Part shown: one piece after another, positions 7,701 through 15,751 of the stretch
Position numbering within the stretch: position 1 is the first letter of the stretch
Layout of the letters: each line of letters starts with the position of its first letter
Virus record (IMG/VR): IMGVR_UViG_3300032335_001171
Location: 1-38,628 of that record
DNA: 38,628 bases
Strand: one strand, 5' to 3'
Source of the DNA: a virus
Lineage: Duplodnaviria > Caudoviricetes
Position numbers and translations under genes: made by a program
Notes under the pieces: model-generated
Databases searched by the model: none
What the model was told of the DNA's origin: nothing
The model's input: the letters and a program-made list of their open reading frames with translations, nothing else

Positions 7701-8897
7701 ATGAATGTGACTGAATTATTTTTGATTGCTATGTTTGGTATTTTTACGATACCGTATCTTATCTGGCGATTAGGTAAAACCGAATATTTTGCACCATTGG
7801 TTGTGGTACAAATCATTAGCGGTATCTTATTGGGTCCAGGTGTATTTGGATATTTCTTCCCCGAAACTTTTCACACAATCTTCGATAAACCAATTATGCA
7901 ATCTTTAAGTGGGATTGCTTGGTGGGCTGTAAGTATTTTTATCTTTTTAGCTGGGATTGAATTAGACCTTTCTCGGTTAAAAGATAGTAAACGTGAGAGT
8001 GCCATCACATCCGGTTTAGCGTTAGGCGTACCTCTATTATTTGGCAGTTTAGCTGCACTTACTTTATTAGGAACACCTGGATGGGTTGGTGAGAAGGCTC
8101 AGTCTTGGCAGTTCGTATTAGGTATTGGTATGGCTTCAGCTGTTACTGCATTACCAATTTTAATTCTCTTTATGGAGAAGATGGAGATCCTACGTCAACC
8201 AATTGGTCAACGTATTCTACGCTATGCTAGTTTAGATGATATTGCTATTTGGGGAGTTCTTGCCATTATTCTTCTGGATTGGACTAGGTTATCGCATCAA
8301 GCTTTATTTTTAATAAGTTATGTTGGTTTAGCTTTCTTATTACGAAAATTAATTCCACGATTACCAAATATTGATAGATTATATGTAGCTTTAATTTGGT
8401 TGGTGACTTGCGCTTGGGCTGCTGATTGGGCGGGATTACACTTTATGGTAGGCGCCTTTTTGGCGGGCGCTGTATTGGATATGAAATGGTTTGGCCAAGA
8501 ACAAATCGACAATCTACGCAGAAATGTTTTGATGGTGATGATGCCTGTATTTTTCTTAAGCACAGGTTTAAAAACTAATTGGGAAATGGGTGGAATTTTA
8601 GTGGTACTTGTAGCTCTATTAATGTTCGTTTCTCAATTATTAGGTAAATTAGCTGGTCTATGGGCCGCTGGTAAAATTCTTAAATGGCAACCAGGTGAAA
8701 GTATGTTAATTGGTTGGTTATTACAAACCAAGGCCTTGATTGAAATTATCTTTGTCAACGTATTATTAGATAAGGGTATTATTACAAATCAGATGTTTAC
8801 CGTAATGTTGTTGATGGCTATACTAAGCACTATGGCAACTATACCCGTAGTTACACCAAAACTACAAAAACTAAAACAGTTGATTCTAAAAAATTAA
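7701..8897 (+). CDS. cation:proton antiporter, CPA2 (Na+/H+ exchanger) family
   Basis: About 12 TM segments; GILLGP, FLAGIELD, SAVTALPIL, SLDD, GAFLAG, PVFFLSTGL motifs. Confidence 0.9.
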   Translation: MNVTELFLIAMFGIFTIPYLIWRLGKTEYFAPLVVVQIISGILLGPGVFGYFFPETFHTIFDKPIMQSLSGIAWWAVSIFIFLAGIELDLSRLKDSKRESAITSGLALGVPLLFGSLAALTLLGTPGWVGEKAQSWQFVLGIGMASAVTALPILILFMEKMEILRQPIGQRILRYASLDDIAIWGVLAIILLDWTRLSHQALFLISYVGLAFLLRKLIPRLPNIDRLYVALIWLVTCAWAADWAGLHFMVGAFLAGAVLDMKWFGQEQIDNLRRNVLMVMMPVFFLSTGLKTNWEMGGILVVLVALLMFVSQLLGKLAGLWAAGKILKWQPGESMLIGWLLQTKALIEIIFVNVLLDKGIITNQMFTVMLLMAILSTMATIPVVTPKLQKLKQLILKN

Positions 8898-8900
8898 TCT

Positions 8901-8932
8901 TTGCCTCAAATTTCATTGAGGTATGATATAAT
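8901..8932 (+). promoter_or_regulatory. promoter with extended -10 and an upstream TTGCCTCA box
   Basis: TGATATAAT ending at 8932; TTGCCT at 8901-8906, 20 nt upstream of the -10. Confidence 0.6.
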
Positions 8933-8961
8933 GGTTGTGTTAAATTAATAGGGGAAAATAA

Positions 8962-9513
8962 ATGCCTAACTGGTGTAGCAATTCAATTACAATCACGAGT
9001 AATAAAGAAAACATTGATAAGTTTGAAACCTTTCTACAAGAAAAGAATGGTAAAGAATGGTTTGATTTCTTTAACCCATGTCCTGAAGAATTAAGAGATG
9101 TTGATTCTCCTAATAAAAATAAAGATGCTGATGCTTTACTTGAAAAGTATGGCCATCCAGATTGGTATTCTTGGTCAATTGAGAAATGGGGAACCAAATG
9201 GAATTGTGATGCACAGGATTGGAACCGAGATGGTGATAGTATATCATTCTGGTTTGATTCTGCTTGGGCGCCTCCAACAAACCTTTATGAAAAAATATTT
9301 GATGAAGGTTACGAAGTAGAAGCGTATTACCTCGAAGAAGGTATGCAATTCGTAGGTAAGTTTTCGGATGGAACTGATGATTACTATGAATATTCAGATG
9401 TTGAATCACTAAATGACATTCCAGAAGATATTGTTGAAAATTGGAACCTCCGTGAGAACATGGAAGAATGGGAAGCAGAAAATATTGAAGAGGAAAACGA
9501 TAAAGATGAGTAA
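8962..9513 (+). CDS. YubB/DUF1281-like ferredoxin-fold protein
   Basis: MPNWCSN start, WY.W...WGTKW, FDSAWAPP, Y.EEGM.F.G motifs. Confidence 0.8.
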   Translation: MPNWCSNSITITSNKENIDKFETFLQEKNGKEWFDFFNPCPEELRDVDSPNKNKDADALLEKYGHPDWYSWSIEKWGTKWNCDAQDWNRDGDSISFWFDSAWAPPTNLYEKIFDEGYEVEAYYLEEGMQFVGKFSDGTDDYYEYSDVESLNDIPEDIVENWNLRENMEEWEAENIEEENDKDE

Positions 9514-9772
9514 ATTTACAACCGAAGACGCAAAAAATCAAATAATACACGAGCTTCGCCGTGGAATTATGAATGTTGTATTCACAAAAGCTGACGGAAG
9601 TGAACGGAAACTGATTTGCACACTTTCCGAAGACAAAATTCCTACTGATAAAATGCCCAAAGGCAACGGAAATGCAAAAAATGACGCGGTTTTACCAGTT
9701 TTTGACATGGAGAACAATTCTTGGCGAAGTTTTCGCTGGGATTCAGTCCAAAAAGTTGACTTTTTAGGATAA
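9506..9772 (+). CDS. SH3/Sm-like (WYL_2-type) phage protein
   Basis: V.FTKADGSER.L.CTL...VFD.E...WRSFR; start moved to ATG 9506. Confidence 0.75.
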   Translation: MSKFTTEDAKNQIIHELRRGIMNVVFTKADGSERKLICTLSEDKIPTDKMPKGNGNAKNDAVLPVFDMENNSWRSFRWDSVQKVDFLG

Positions 9773-9801
9773 ATACACAACCACTTTTACGGAGATAGAT
9801 T

Positions 9802-10011
9802 ATGGCACAAGCAGGACAAGGAAAAATTCATCCGGGTCGTAGAAAAGCAAATCCTATGATGACAAAAAACGGTAAACCTAGATTAGGTCCATTAAATATG
9901 AAACAATTGACAGATTTGCTAGCAAAAACAACGAAGCCAAAAGAAAAAGTGAAAATTGAAAATCAGGTAACAAGGAAAACAAAGAAACAACATGCTGAAG
10001 CCAAATTATAA
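9802..10011 (+). CDS. small basic hypothetical protein
   Basis: GGAG SD; Lys/Arg-rich 69 aa; late-like GATAAATA upstream. Confidence 0.7.
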   Translation: MAQAGQGKIHPGRRKANPMMTKNGKPRLGPLNMKQLTDLLAKTTKPKEKVKIENQVTRKTKKQHAEAKL

Positions 10012-10246
10012 GAAAAATAAACCATTTGGACTCAAAGTTGAACTAGATGACAGACTACCCTTTGAAAAAGCATTAAGACTTTTTAAGCGTAAAGTAGAAG
10101 ATTCTGGACTTTTGAATGAAATCAAAGAAAGAATGGAATATAATAAGCCTTCAATCCATCGTAAAGTAGCAAAAGGTCGTGCCGAGAAAAGATGGCAAAA
10201 GAAACAAGAAAAAACTCAGCTCGAAGGTAAGTCCAAAAAGTATTAG
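9992..10246 (+). CDS. rpsU: phage-encoded ribosomal protein bS21
   Basis: FEKALRLFKRKV...GLLNEIKERMEYNKPS..RK matches the S21 signature ALRRFKR...G...E...R..YEKP. Confidence 0.85.
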   Translation: MLKPNYKKNKPFGLKVELDDRLPFEKALRLFKRKVEDSGLLNEIKERMEYNKPSIHRKVAKGRAEKRWQKKQEKTQLEGKSKKY

Positions 10247-10267
10247 ACCAATACGGTCAAACATTTG

Positions 10268-10275
10268 CATAAATA
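10268..10275 (+). promoter_or_regulatory. late-promoter variant upstream of the curli-like locus
   Basis: CATAAATA (7/8 match to TATAAATA), intergenic; the same variant recurs at 14861 and 21134(-). Confidence 0.6.
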
Positions 10276-10355
10276 GATAGTAAAAATCACATTATCTATA
10301 TCCCTTACACCACAAGTGTAATTGTCTTTGAAGTTTCATTCTAAAGTGAGCCCAT

Positions 10356-10814
10356 ATGAAAACTTTATCACAATTAACGGTTGTCGGTATTTTATTATTC
10401 TTTATTTGTAAGTGTGTTGAAGCAGCACCATTACCCGACTATACATTTAAGAGTCCAGCCTTCAACGGACAGGGCTACTCGAGCCATGTTTTAACGATTG
10501 AGAATCAGGAACATACTCGTAGAGATGCAGCTAAAAAAGAAATACAATCTGCTCTCGATAAAGCGAAGAATGATGCTCAAAATAGCAATTTACAAAAGTT
10601 TCTGAATAATTTAGAATCACGAATATATGCACAGATTTCACAGAACCTGGCCACAGCTATGTTTGCAAGCGGCGGGTCTAATTCTGGCACATTAAATTTT
10701 GAAGGCAATACAATGTTTTGGACTAAAGATAGTTCAAGTGTGTATTTGACTGTGACTGATACAATAGGAACACAAACAAGTATTACGATACCATTAGGAC
10801 AATTTCAATTCTAA
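10356..10814 (+). CDS. csgF: curli assembly protein CsgF-like
   Basis: Signal peptide then YTFKSPAFNG (CsgF F.NP.FGG-like), F..NLESRIYAQIS..L...MF, C-terminal TSITIP; directly upstream of csgG. Confidence 0.8.
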   Translation: MKTLSQLTVVGILLFFICKCVEAAPLPDYTFKSPAFNGQGYSSHVLTIENQEHTRRDAAKKEIQSALDKAKNDAQNSNLQKFLNNLESRIYAQISQNLATAMFASGGSNSGTLNFEGNTMFWTKDSSSVYLTVTDTIGTQTSITIPLGQFQF

Positions 10815-11623
10815 TGAAAAAATTGTTCGCTTTTTTACTGATAGTATTATTATCGGGTTGCGCTACCACAAAGGTTTTAACTGAACCCGAAAAACCTACT
10901 GTTACTAAAAACTTGATGCAGAAAGAGTTTGATATTTTACCTGCACCAAATGGTAAAAAGGTTGCAGTCGCAGTTTATAGTTTTGCTGATAAAACAGGTC
11001 AAAGAAGACCGAGCGCTTCAATAGCACAATTATCGACAGCTGTGACACAAGGCGCTGAATCATTTTTAATTAAAGCCCTACAAGATGTAGGTCAAGGCCA
11101 TTGGTTCGATGTAGTAGAAAGAGTTGGTATTGATAATCTAACAAAAGAGCGAATGATTATCCGCCAAATGCGTGAAGCATATGAAGGTGATAAAGCTAAA
11201 CCCTTGGCACCAATGATGTTTGCTGGTATGATTATTGAAGGTGGTATTGTTGGATACGATTCAAGTGTTAAGAGTGGCGGTTCAGCTGCAAGAATGTTGG
11301 GTATTGGACCACAAACTCAATATTCAGAAGATATAGTGACTATCAGTTTAAGAGCTGTTAGTGTGAATACAGGTAAAGTATTAGTGTCTGTGACCGTGCA
11401 GAAAATTATATATTCAGCTTCAGATAGTTTAGCAATTTTAAAATTTGTGAAAAACGGAACACAAGCATTTGAATTTGAAAGCGGACTGACTGTCAATGAG
11501 CCAGGAACTTTAGCAGTGAAAGCTGCAATCGAAGCCGCTGTGGTTGAACTTATAAAAGAAGGACACAAAAAAGGTGTGTGGGAATTCAAAGAAGAATATA
11601 CCGCACCCGAAAAAAAGGAGTAA
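10814..11623 (+). CDS. csgG: curli secretion channel lipoprotein CsgG
   Basis: Lipobox LLSGC; VAVYSFADKTGQR, STAVTQGA, WFDVVER.GIDNLTKER.IIR, IEGGIVGYD, QYSED.VTISLRAVSVNTG. Confidence 0.95.
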   Translation: MKKLFAFLLIVLLSGCATTKVLTEPEKPTVTKNLMQKEFDILPAPNGKKVAVAVYSFADKTGQRRPSASIAQLSTAVTQGAESFLIKALQDVGQGHWFDVVERVGIDNLTKERMIIRQMREAYEGDKAKPLAPMMFAGMIIEGGIVGYDSSVKSGGSAARMLGIGPQTQYSEDIVTISLRAVSVNTGKVLVSVTVQKIIYSASDSLAILKFVKNGTQAFEFESGLTVNEPGTLAVKAAIEAAVVELIKEGHKKGVWEFKEEYTAPEKKE

Positions 11624-11629
11624 AAAAGT

Positions 11630-12418
11630 ATGAACAAGATAATCAAGATGTTCATGGTAATGTTTTTATTAATAAGCTTTAGTGTATTTGGTGCAGATAA
11701 TAGCATCTACATTGACCAGAGTGGTGATAATTCTACCATTGATATTACACAGACCGGTGCAGGTAACGTGGTTCGTGGAATTCAAGGAGTTGGTACAAGT
11801 AATTCAACACCAGCTAAAATATATGGCGATTCTAATGCTATTGATATTCGCCAAATTGGTTCAACAAATACATTGAACCTTGGTGTAAGTGCTACAACAG
11901 CTACTGGTCGTGCTTATGGTATTGATTTAACTTATTATGTAACTGGTAATTCTGGTACCGCTACAATTAATTCAAACAATGCGGGAACAGGAACATCTGG
12001 TTCTAATTTCATTGATGTTCGTCAAACAGGTAATTCTGCTTCAATTAACTTGAATGTTTTAGGAAGTAAGAATGATTTCACAGCAGTAACATCTGGCGGT
12101 ACAGGCAACAGCATCACTGCTACAATAAATGCTGATGAAACCGTAAATAACATTTCAATGACAGGTGGTGGTGGTAATTCACTTACACAAACCACTTCGA
12201 GTAATAAAGCAACAAACAATATTACAACAGTCGGTGCAAGTAATGGTATAGTATTATCACAAACAGGAACAGCTGGTACAAATGGTCACGCATTTACACT
12301 TAACTTAACTGGCTCAAGTAACGCATTGTCAGTTACACAAGGCGGTACAATTGATACAACAGTTAATCTACAAAGCGCTGGTTCAGGTAATACATGGAAC
12401 ATCACAACAGGTAACTAA
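11630..12418 (+). CDS. curlin-repeat (CsgA/CsgB-like) secreted beta-solenoid protein
   Basis: Signal peptide; N-x-I-x-I-x-Q-x-G-x-x-N repeats (DNSIYIDQSGDNS, SNAIDIRQIGSTN, SNFIDVRQTGNS); rich in G/S/T/N. Confidence 0.8.
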   Translation: MNKIIKMFMVMFLLISFSVFGADNSIYIDQSGDNSTIDITQTGAGNVVRGIQGVGTSNSTPAKIYGDSNAIDIRQIGSTNTLNLGVSATTATGRAYGIDLTYYVTGNSGTATINSNNAGTGTSGSNFIDVRQTGNSASINLNVLGSKNDFTAVTSGGTGNSITATINADETVNNISMTGGGGNSLTQTTSSNKATNNITTVGASNGIVLSQTGTAGTNGHAFTLNLTGSSNALSVTQGGTIDTTVNLQSAGSGNTWNITTGN

Positions 12419-12428
12419 TAAGCTTGAT

Positions 12429-13541
12429 GTGAAATATCTCCTTACATTATTACTTTTGTTATGTGGTTGCTCATCAGCCTTGGCGGCAGTTGGTAACATC
12501 ACAGACCAAGTAAACGCTCCGCCAAGCATCCTTCGTAAATCATCCACTCTCACCGGTGCCAAAGGTACTGGTGTTGAGATGGCTGATTCAATCAAAACCA
12601 CACAAGGTAAAGTTGGCATTACATTTGCTGATGATACTAAAGTCCAAGTCAACGAGAATTCAAAATTAGTCATTGATGAATTTGTGTATGATGCAAGTAA
12701 TAAAAAAGGTGGCAAGTTAGCTATTAATGTAGCACTTGGTACCGTTCGTTATGCCTCTGGTCAAATAGCACATAATAATCCACAAGCTGTTGCAGTTAAT
12801 ACACCAACAGCCACAGTCGGTGTTCGTGGTACTGATTTTACAGCTACTGTGGATGAGTTAGGTCGAAGCACTATTATTCTTTTACCAAGTTGCCGTAAAG
12901 GCTGGCAAGATGTTAAGAAAGATTGTATCACCGGTGAAATATCAGTAACCACAGATGAAGGCACCGTGATTATGAATCAGCCATTTCAAGCTACAAGAGT
13001 TGAATCGAAAGAACAAAAACCATTTAAACCGGTGATTGTTAATCTCACAGAAGACCAAATATCCAACATTCTTATTTTATCACCACCTAAAGAATTAAGA
13101 GATGGTGCTAATGACCAATCTAAAAAGAAAGCCGAGATGAAAGGTGCTCTTGATGTTGATTTTCTGAAAGAGCAAGGTCTCACTAATGCTCTTGAAAAAG
13201 AACAAAAAGAAGTATATCAGGATAAATTAAGTCGTAACTTCCTTGACCAAGATTTCTTGGCTAATGTTCTTGATATTATTAATGCACAGTTAGCTGCACA
13301 GTTAGATTTACTTGGTAAAACTAAATCAGGTCTATTACCAGATTATGTTCCAACTTCTGGCGTAACTGTTGAGGTAGATGATTTACAAGTAACATTATGC
13401 CGTGATGGTAATGGAGATACTCAATGTATCACCACGCCAAAGAATCAAAACACAACCATTACACAGATACAAGGTCCTGTGGAAATTACAAATAGAGTAA
13501 ACTCTGGTGGAAGGACTATCATAAATGCTACACAGAATTAG
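12429..13541 (+). CDS. exported FecR-domain protein
   Basis: Signal peptide (GTG start 12429); D.IKT..G.V.ITFADDT.V.V.ENSKLVIDEFVYD and VNTPTATVGVRGTDF are FecR-domain motifs. Confidence 0.85.
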   Translation: MKYLLTLLLLLCGCSSALAAVGNITDQVNAPPSILRKSSTLTGAKGTGVEMADSIKTTQGKVGITFADDTKVQVNENSKLVIDEFVYDASNKKGGKLAINVALGTVRYASGQIAHNNPQAVAVNTPTATVGVRGTDFTATVDELGRSTIILLPSCRKGWQDVKKDCITGEISVTTDEGTVIMNQPFQATRVESKEQKPFKPVIVNLTEDQISNILILSPPKELRDGANDQSKKKAEMKGALDVDFLKEQGLTNALEKEQKEVYQDKLSRNFLDQDFLANVLDIINAQLAAQLDLLGKTKSGLLPDYVPTSGVTVEVDDLQVTLCRDGNGDTQCITTPKNQNTTITQIQGPVEITNRVNSGGRTIINATQN

Positions 13542-14865
13542 TCTTATATTCCTGTTGTTGTTTAGTCTGACAGCACTAGCGGCGCCTAATGCTATCAGGA
13601 TGGCCTATAATTTTACCACAGTAAGTCAAACTGTGGTGTTTGATAACACTATGCGAGCAGGCGGAACATTCACACTTTCTACTCAGGCCATGGATGGCGG
13701 CGGACGAGCACCAGGTGATCCATTTACTATAAAGATGGTTTTCTATAACAGTAGTAATGCTATTGTAAATACAGCACAGTTAAGCAATACTTTGGTATAT
13801 GGAAATACAACTCCTACAACATATACAACGACAACTACCAACTGTGGTGGAAGCTGCGCCAATGTTGCTTATGTTAAGGTAGAGTTCTATGGCAAAGATG
13901 GCGGCTTTTGGGCCGGCAACTATGGACCGTATATTATTAACCCATCATTGAGTTTTAACGGCGGCTCTAACATTTTATACAATCCAGAGTTTGGTATCTA
14001 TGGAACCAATGGATTTGCACAAGGTTGGACCAGCACTGCTGGCTGGCAAAATTGTGCCTTGTATTCTGGATCGGCAACTTGTGTAGTAAATAATGGTGCT
14101 CCTGTAAATGGCGGTACCTATAGTGCGTCTGGTGGCTCAACATCAGGTTCTGCAGGCGGTTATACTCCGCCTCCACCTGCTCCAACATATAGTTCAGGTA
14201 TTACTACAGCACAAACCACTCGTAAGAATTCAGAAACAGCTCAGAGAACAGGACAATCAGGAAATGGAATTTATATCGAACAAATAGGTGATAACAATGA
14301 TATTACGATTCGCCAAGGTGTAACAATTACTGGTAAAAACAGAATTGAATTATATGCCAATGGAAATAATAATACACTCAATTTGAATCAAGGTTACAAT
14401 GTCGATGGTTCTATTCCAAATTCAGAATATAATAATCACTATCAATACCTTAATCTATCTGGTGCGAGTAATAATATCACTACAAAACAAATCAATGGAA
14501 CATCAACTGTAGGCCATTTTATGGAAACAACTGTAAGTGGTAATACGAATACATTAAATATGACACAACAAGGAGTAGGAAGTAAAACATTATTCTTAAA
14601 TGTAAATGGTGGTTCTAATTCTGTGACCACAAATCAGAAAGAAGGTGGCCAACATTATTTGGATTTATCTTTGACCGGAAATGGCCATACAGTCAATGCC
14701 ACCCAACAAGGTACGGGCAATCATGCAGCTACTATAAACTTTACTAATTCTGGCGGAGCTTCATCATTGAATTTAAATCAGTCTGGTTCAACGAATCAAA
14801 CTTATTCAATAAATCAAAGTTGTGCTAATGCTGGTGGTTGTGCTACTACAATAACTCAGCCATAA
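13525..14865 (+). CDS. secreted chimera: FBA-like carbohydrate-binding domain, G/S/P linker, curlin-like repeats
   Basis: Signal peptide; GKDGGFWAGNYGP resembles the F-box-associated sugar-binding motif; linker GGSTSGSAGGYTPPPPAP; repeats such as NGIYIEQIGDNNDITIRQ, GHTVNATQQGTGNH, LNLNQSGSTNQ. Confidence 0.75.
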   Translation: MLHRISLIFLLLFSLTALAAPNAIRMAYNFTTVSQTVVFDNTMRAGGTFTLSTQAMDGGGRAPGDPFTIKMVFYNSSNAIVNTAQLSNTLVYGNTTPTTYTTTTTNCGGSCANVAYVKVEFYGKDGGFWAGNYGPYIINPSLSFNGGSNILYNPEFGIYGTNGFAQGWTSTAGWQNCALYSGSATCVVNNGAPVNGGTYSASGGSTSGSAGGYTPPPPAPTYSSGITTAQTTRKNSETAQRTGQSGNGIYIEQIGDNNDITIRQGVTITGKNRIELYANGNNNTLNLNQGYNVDGSIPNSEYNNHYQYLNLSGASNNITTKQINGTSTVGHFMETTVSGNTNTLNMTQQGVGSKTLFLNVNGGSNSVTTNQKEGGQHYLDLSLTGNGHTVNATQQGTGNHAATINFTNSGGASSLNLNQSGSTNQTYSINQSCANAGGCATTITQP

Positions 14866-14873
14866 ATAGACAC

Positions 14874-15623
14874 ATGAAAATTAAAAAGTATAAAACGATT
14901 TGTGTATCTGACACTCACCTTGGATCCCGTGATGCTAAGGCTGACTTATTGAATAACTTTCTAAAACACCATGAGTGTGATAATCTATTTCTTATAGGTG
15001 ATATCATTGATGGTTGGAAGATACAACAGAATAAATGGAAGTGGAAACAAAGCCACACCAATGTTATTAGACGCATATTAGGTTATGCAAAAAGAGGCAC
15101 TCGCGTTACATACATTACAGGTAATCACGATGAATTTCTTCGTCCTTTTGTTAATCAGTTTTCTCTTGGTAATATTGTTGTTTGTAATCAAGCTGAGTAT
15201 AGAGATACAGATGGTCGTTTTCTTTTACTCACTCACGGTGATATGTTTGATGGTATTACCCGTTTAGGTAAATGGATTGGTTTTTTAGGTGATTCTGCTT
15301 ACGATTTCGTATTGTGGGTTAATACTAAATTTAATTATATACGGCATCGATTAGGATTTGGATATTGGTCATTAAGTAAGTTTCTTAAACACAAAGTTAA
15401 GAAAGCTGTGGGATTTGTTTTTAATTTTGAACAAAATGTGACCGAATATGGAAAAAGAAAAGGATATGATGGCGTGATTTGTGGGCACATACATACACCA
15501 GAAATTAAAATGGTTGGTGATATGATATATATGAATGATGGCGATTGGGTAGAATCGTGTTCCGCTTTGGTTGAACATGAAGATGGTCGTTGGGAAATAA
15601 TCTATTGGAGCAAAATACTATGA
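14874..15623 (+). CDS. metallophosphoesterase, PlcP/LpxH2-like (phospholipase C or UDP-2,3-diacylglucosamine hydrolase family)
   Basis: SDTHLG, LIGDIIDGW, W.W...H..V, GNHDE, HGD.FD, YWSLS, CGHIH, YMNDGDWVESCSALVE; CATAAATA at 14861-14868. Confidence 0.85.
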   Translation: MKIKKYKTICVSDTHLGSRDAKADLLNNFLKHHECDNLFLIGDIIDGWKIQQNKWKWKQSHTNVIRRILGYAKRGTRVTYITGNHDEFLRPFVNQFSLGNIVVCNQAEYRDTDGRFLLLTHGDMFDGITRLGKWIGFLGDSAYDFVLWVNTKFNYIRHRLGFGYWSLSKFLKHKVKKAVGFVFNFEQNVTEYGKRKGYDGVICGHIHTPEIKMVGDMIYMNDGDWVESCSALVEHEDGRWEIIYWSKIL

Positions 15624-15751
15624 AAGTAAAAGAAATAATCAAAAAGATGTATGAGGCTTGTGTCAAACACAAACCAAAAAAAGAAAAGAAACTTTGGTTC
15701 AAAGCTATCAAGAAAAGTTTAAAGCATAAGAAAACGCATATTATACAATGA
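15620..15751 (+). CDS. 43-aa Lys-rich peptide (MKVKEIIKKMYEACVKHKPKKEKKLWFKAIKKSLKHKKTHIIQ)
   Basis: Read manually; ATGA overlaps with both flanking genes; GGAG upstream. Confidence 0.65.
   Translation: MKVKEIIKKMYEACVKHKPKKEKKLWFKAIKKSLKHKKTHIIQ

Noticed and set aside
9110-9550. Longer antisense and alternate-frame ORFs (this one, 11317..11706, 12383..12715, 27427..27855 and similar)
   Set aside because: They overlap well-supported genes, lack SD and motifs, and are best explained as shadow ORFs.
9773-10355. Glutamine riboswitch near bS21, as described for some related marine phages
   Set aside because: No glnA or glutamine-II consensus is visible; only weak AT-rich hairpins lie upstream of csgF.
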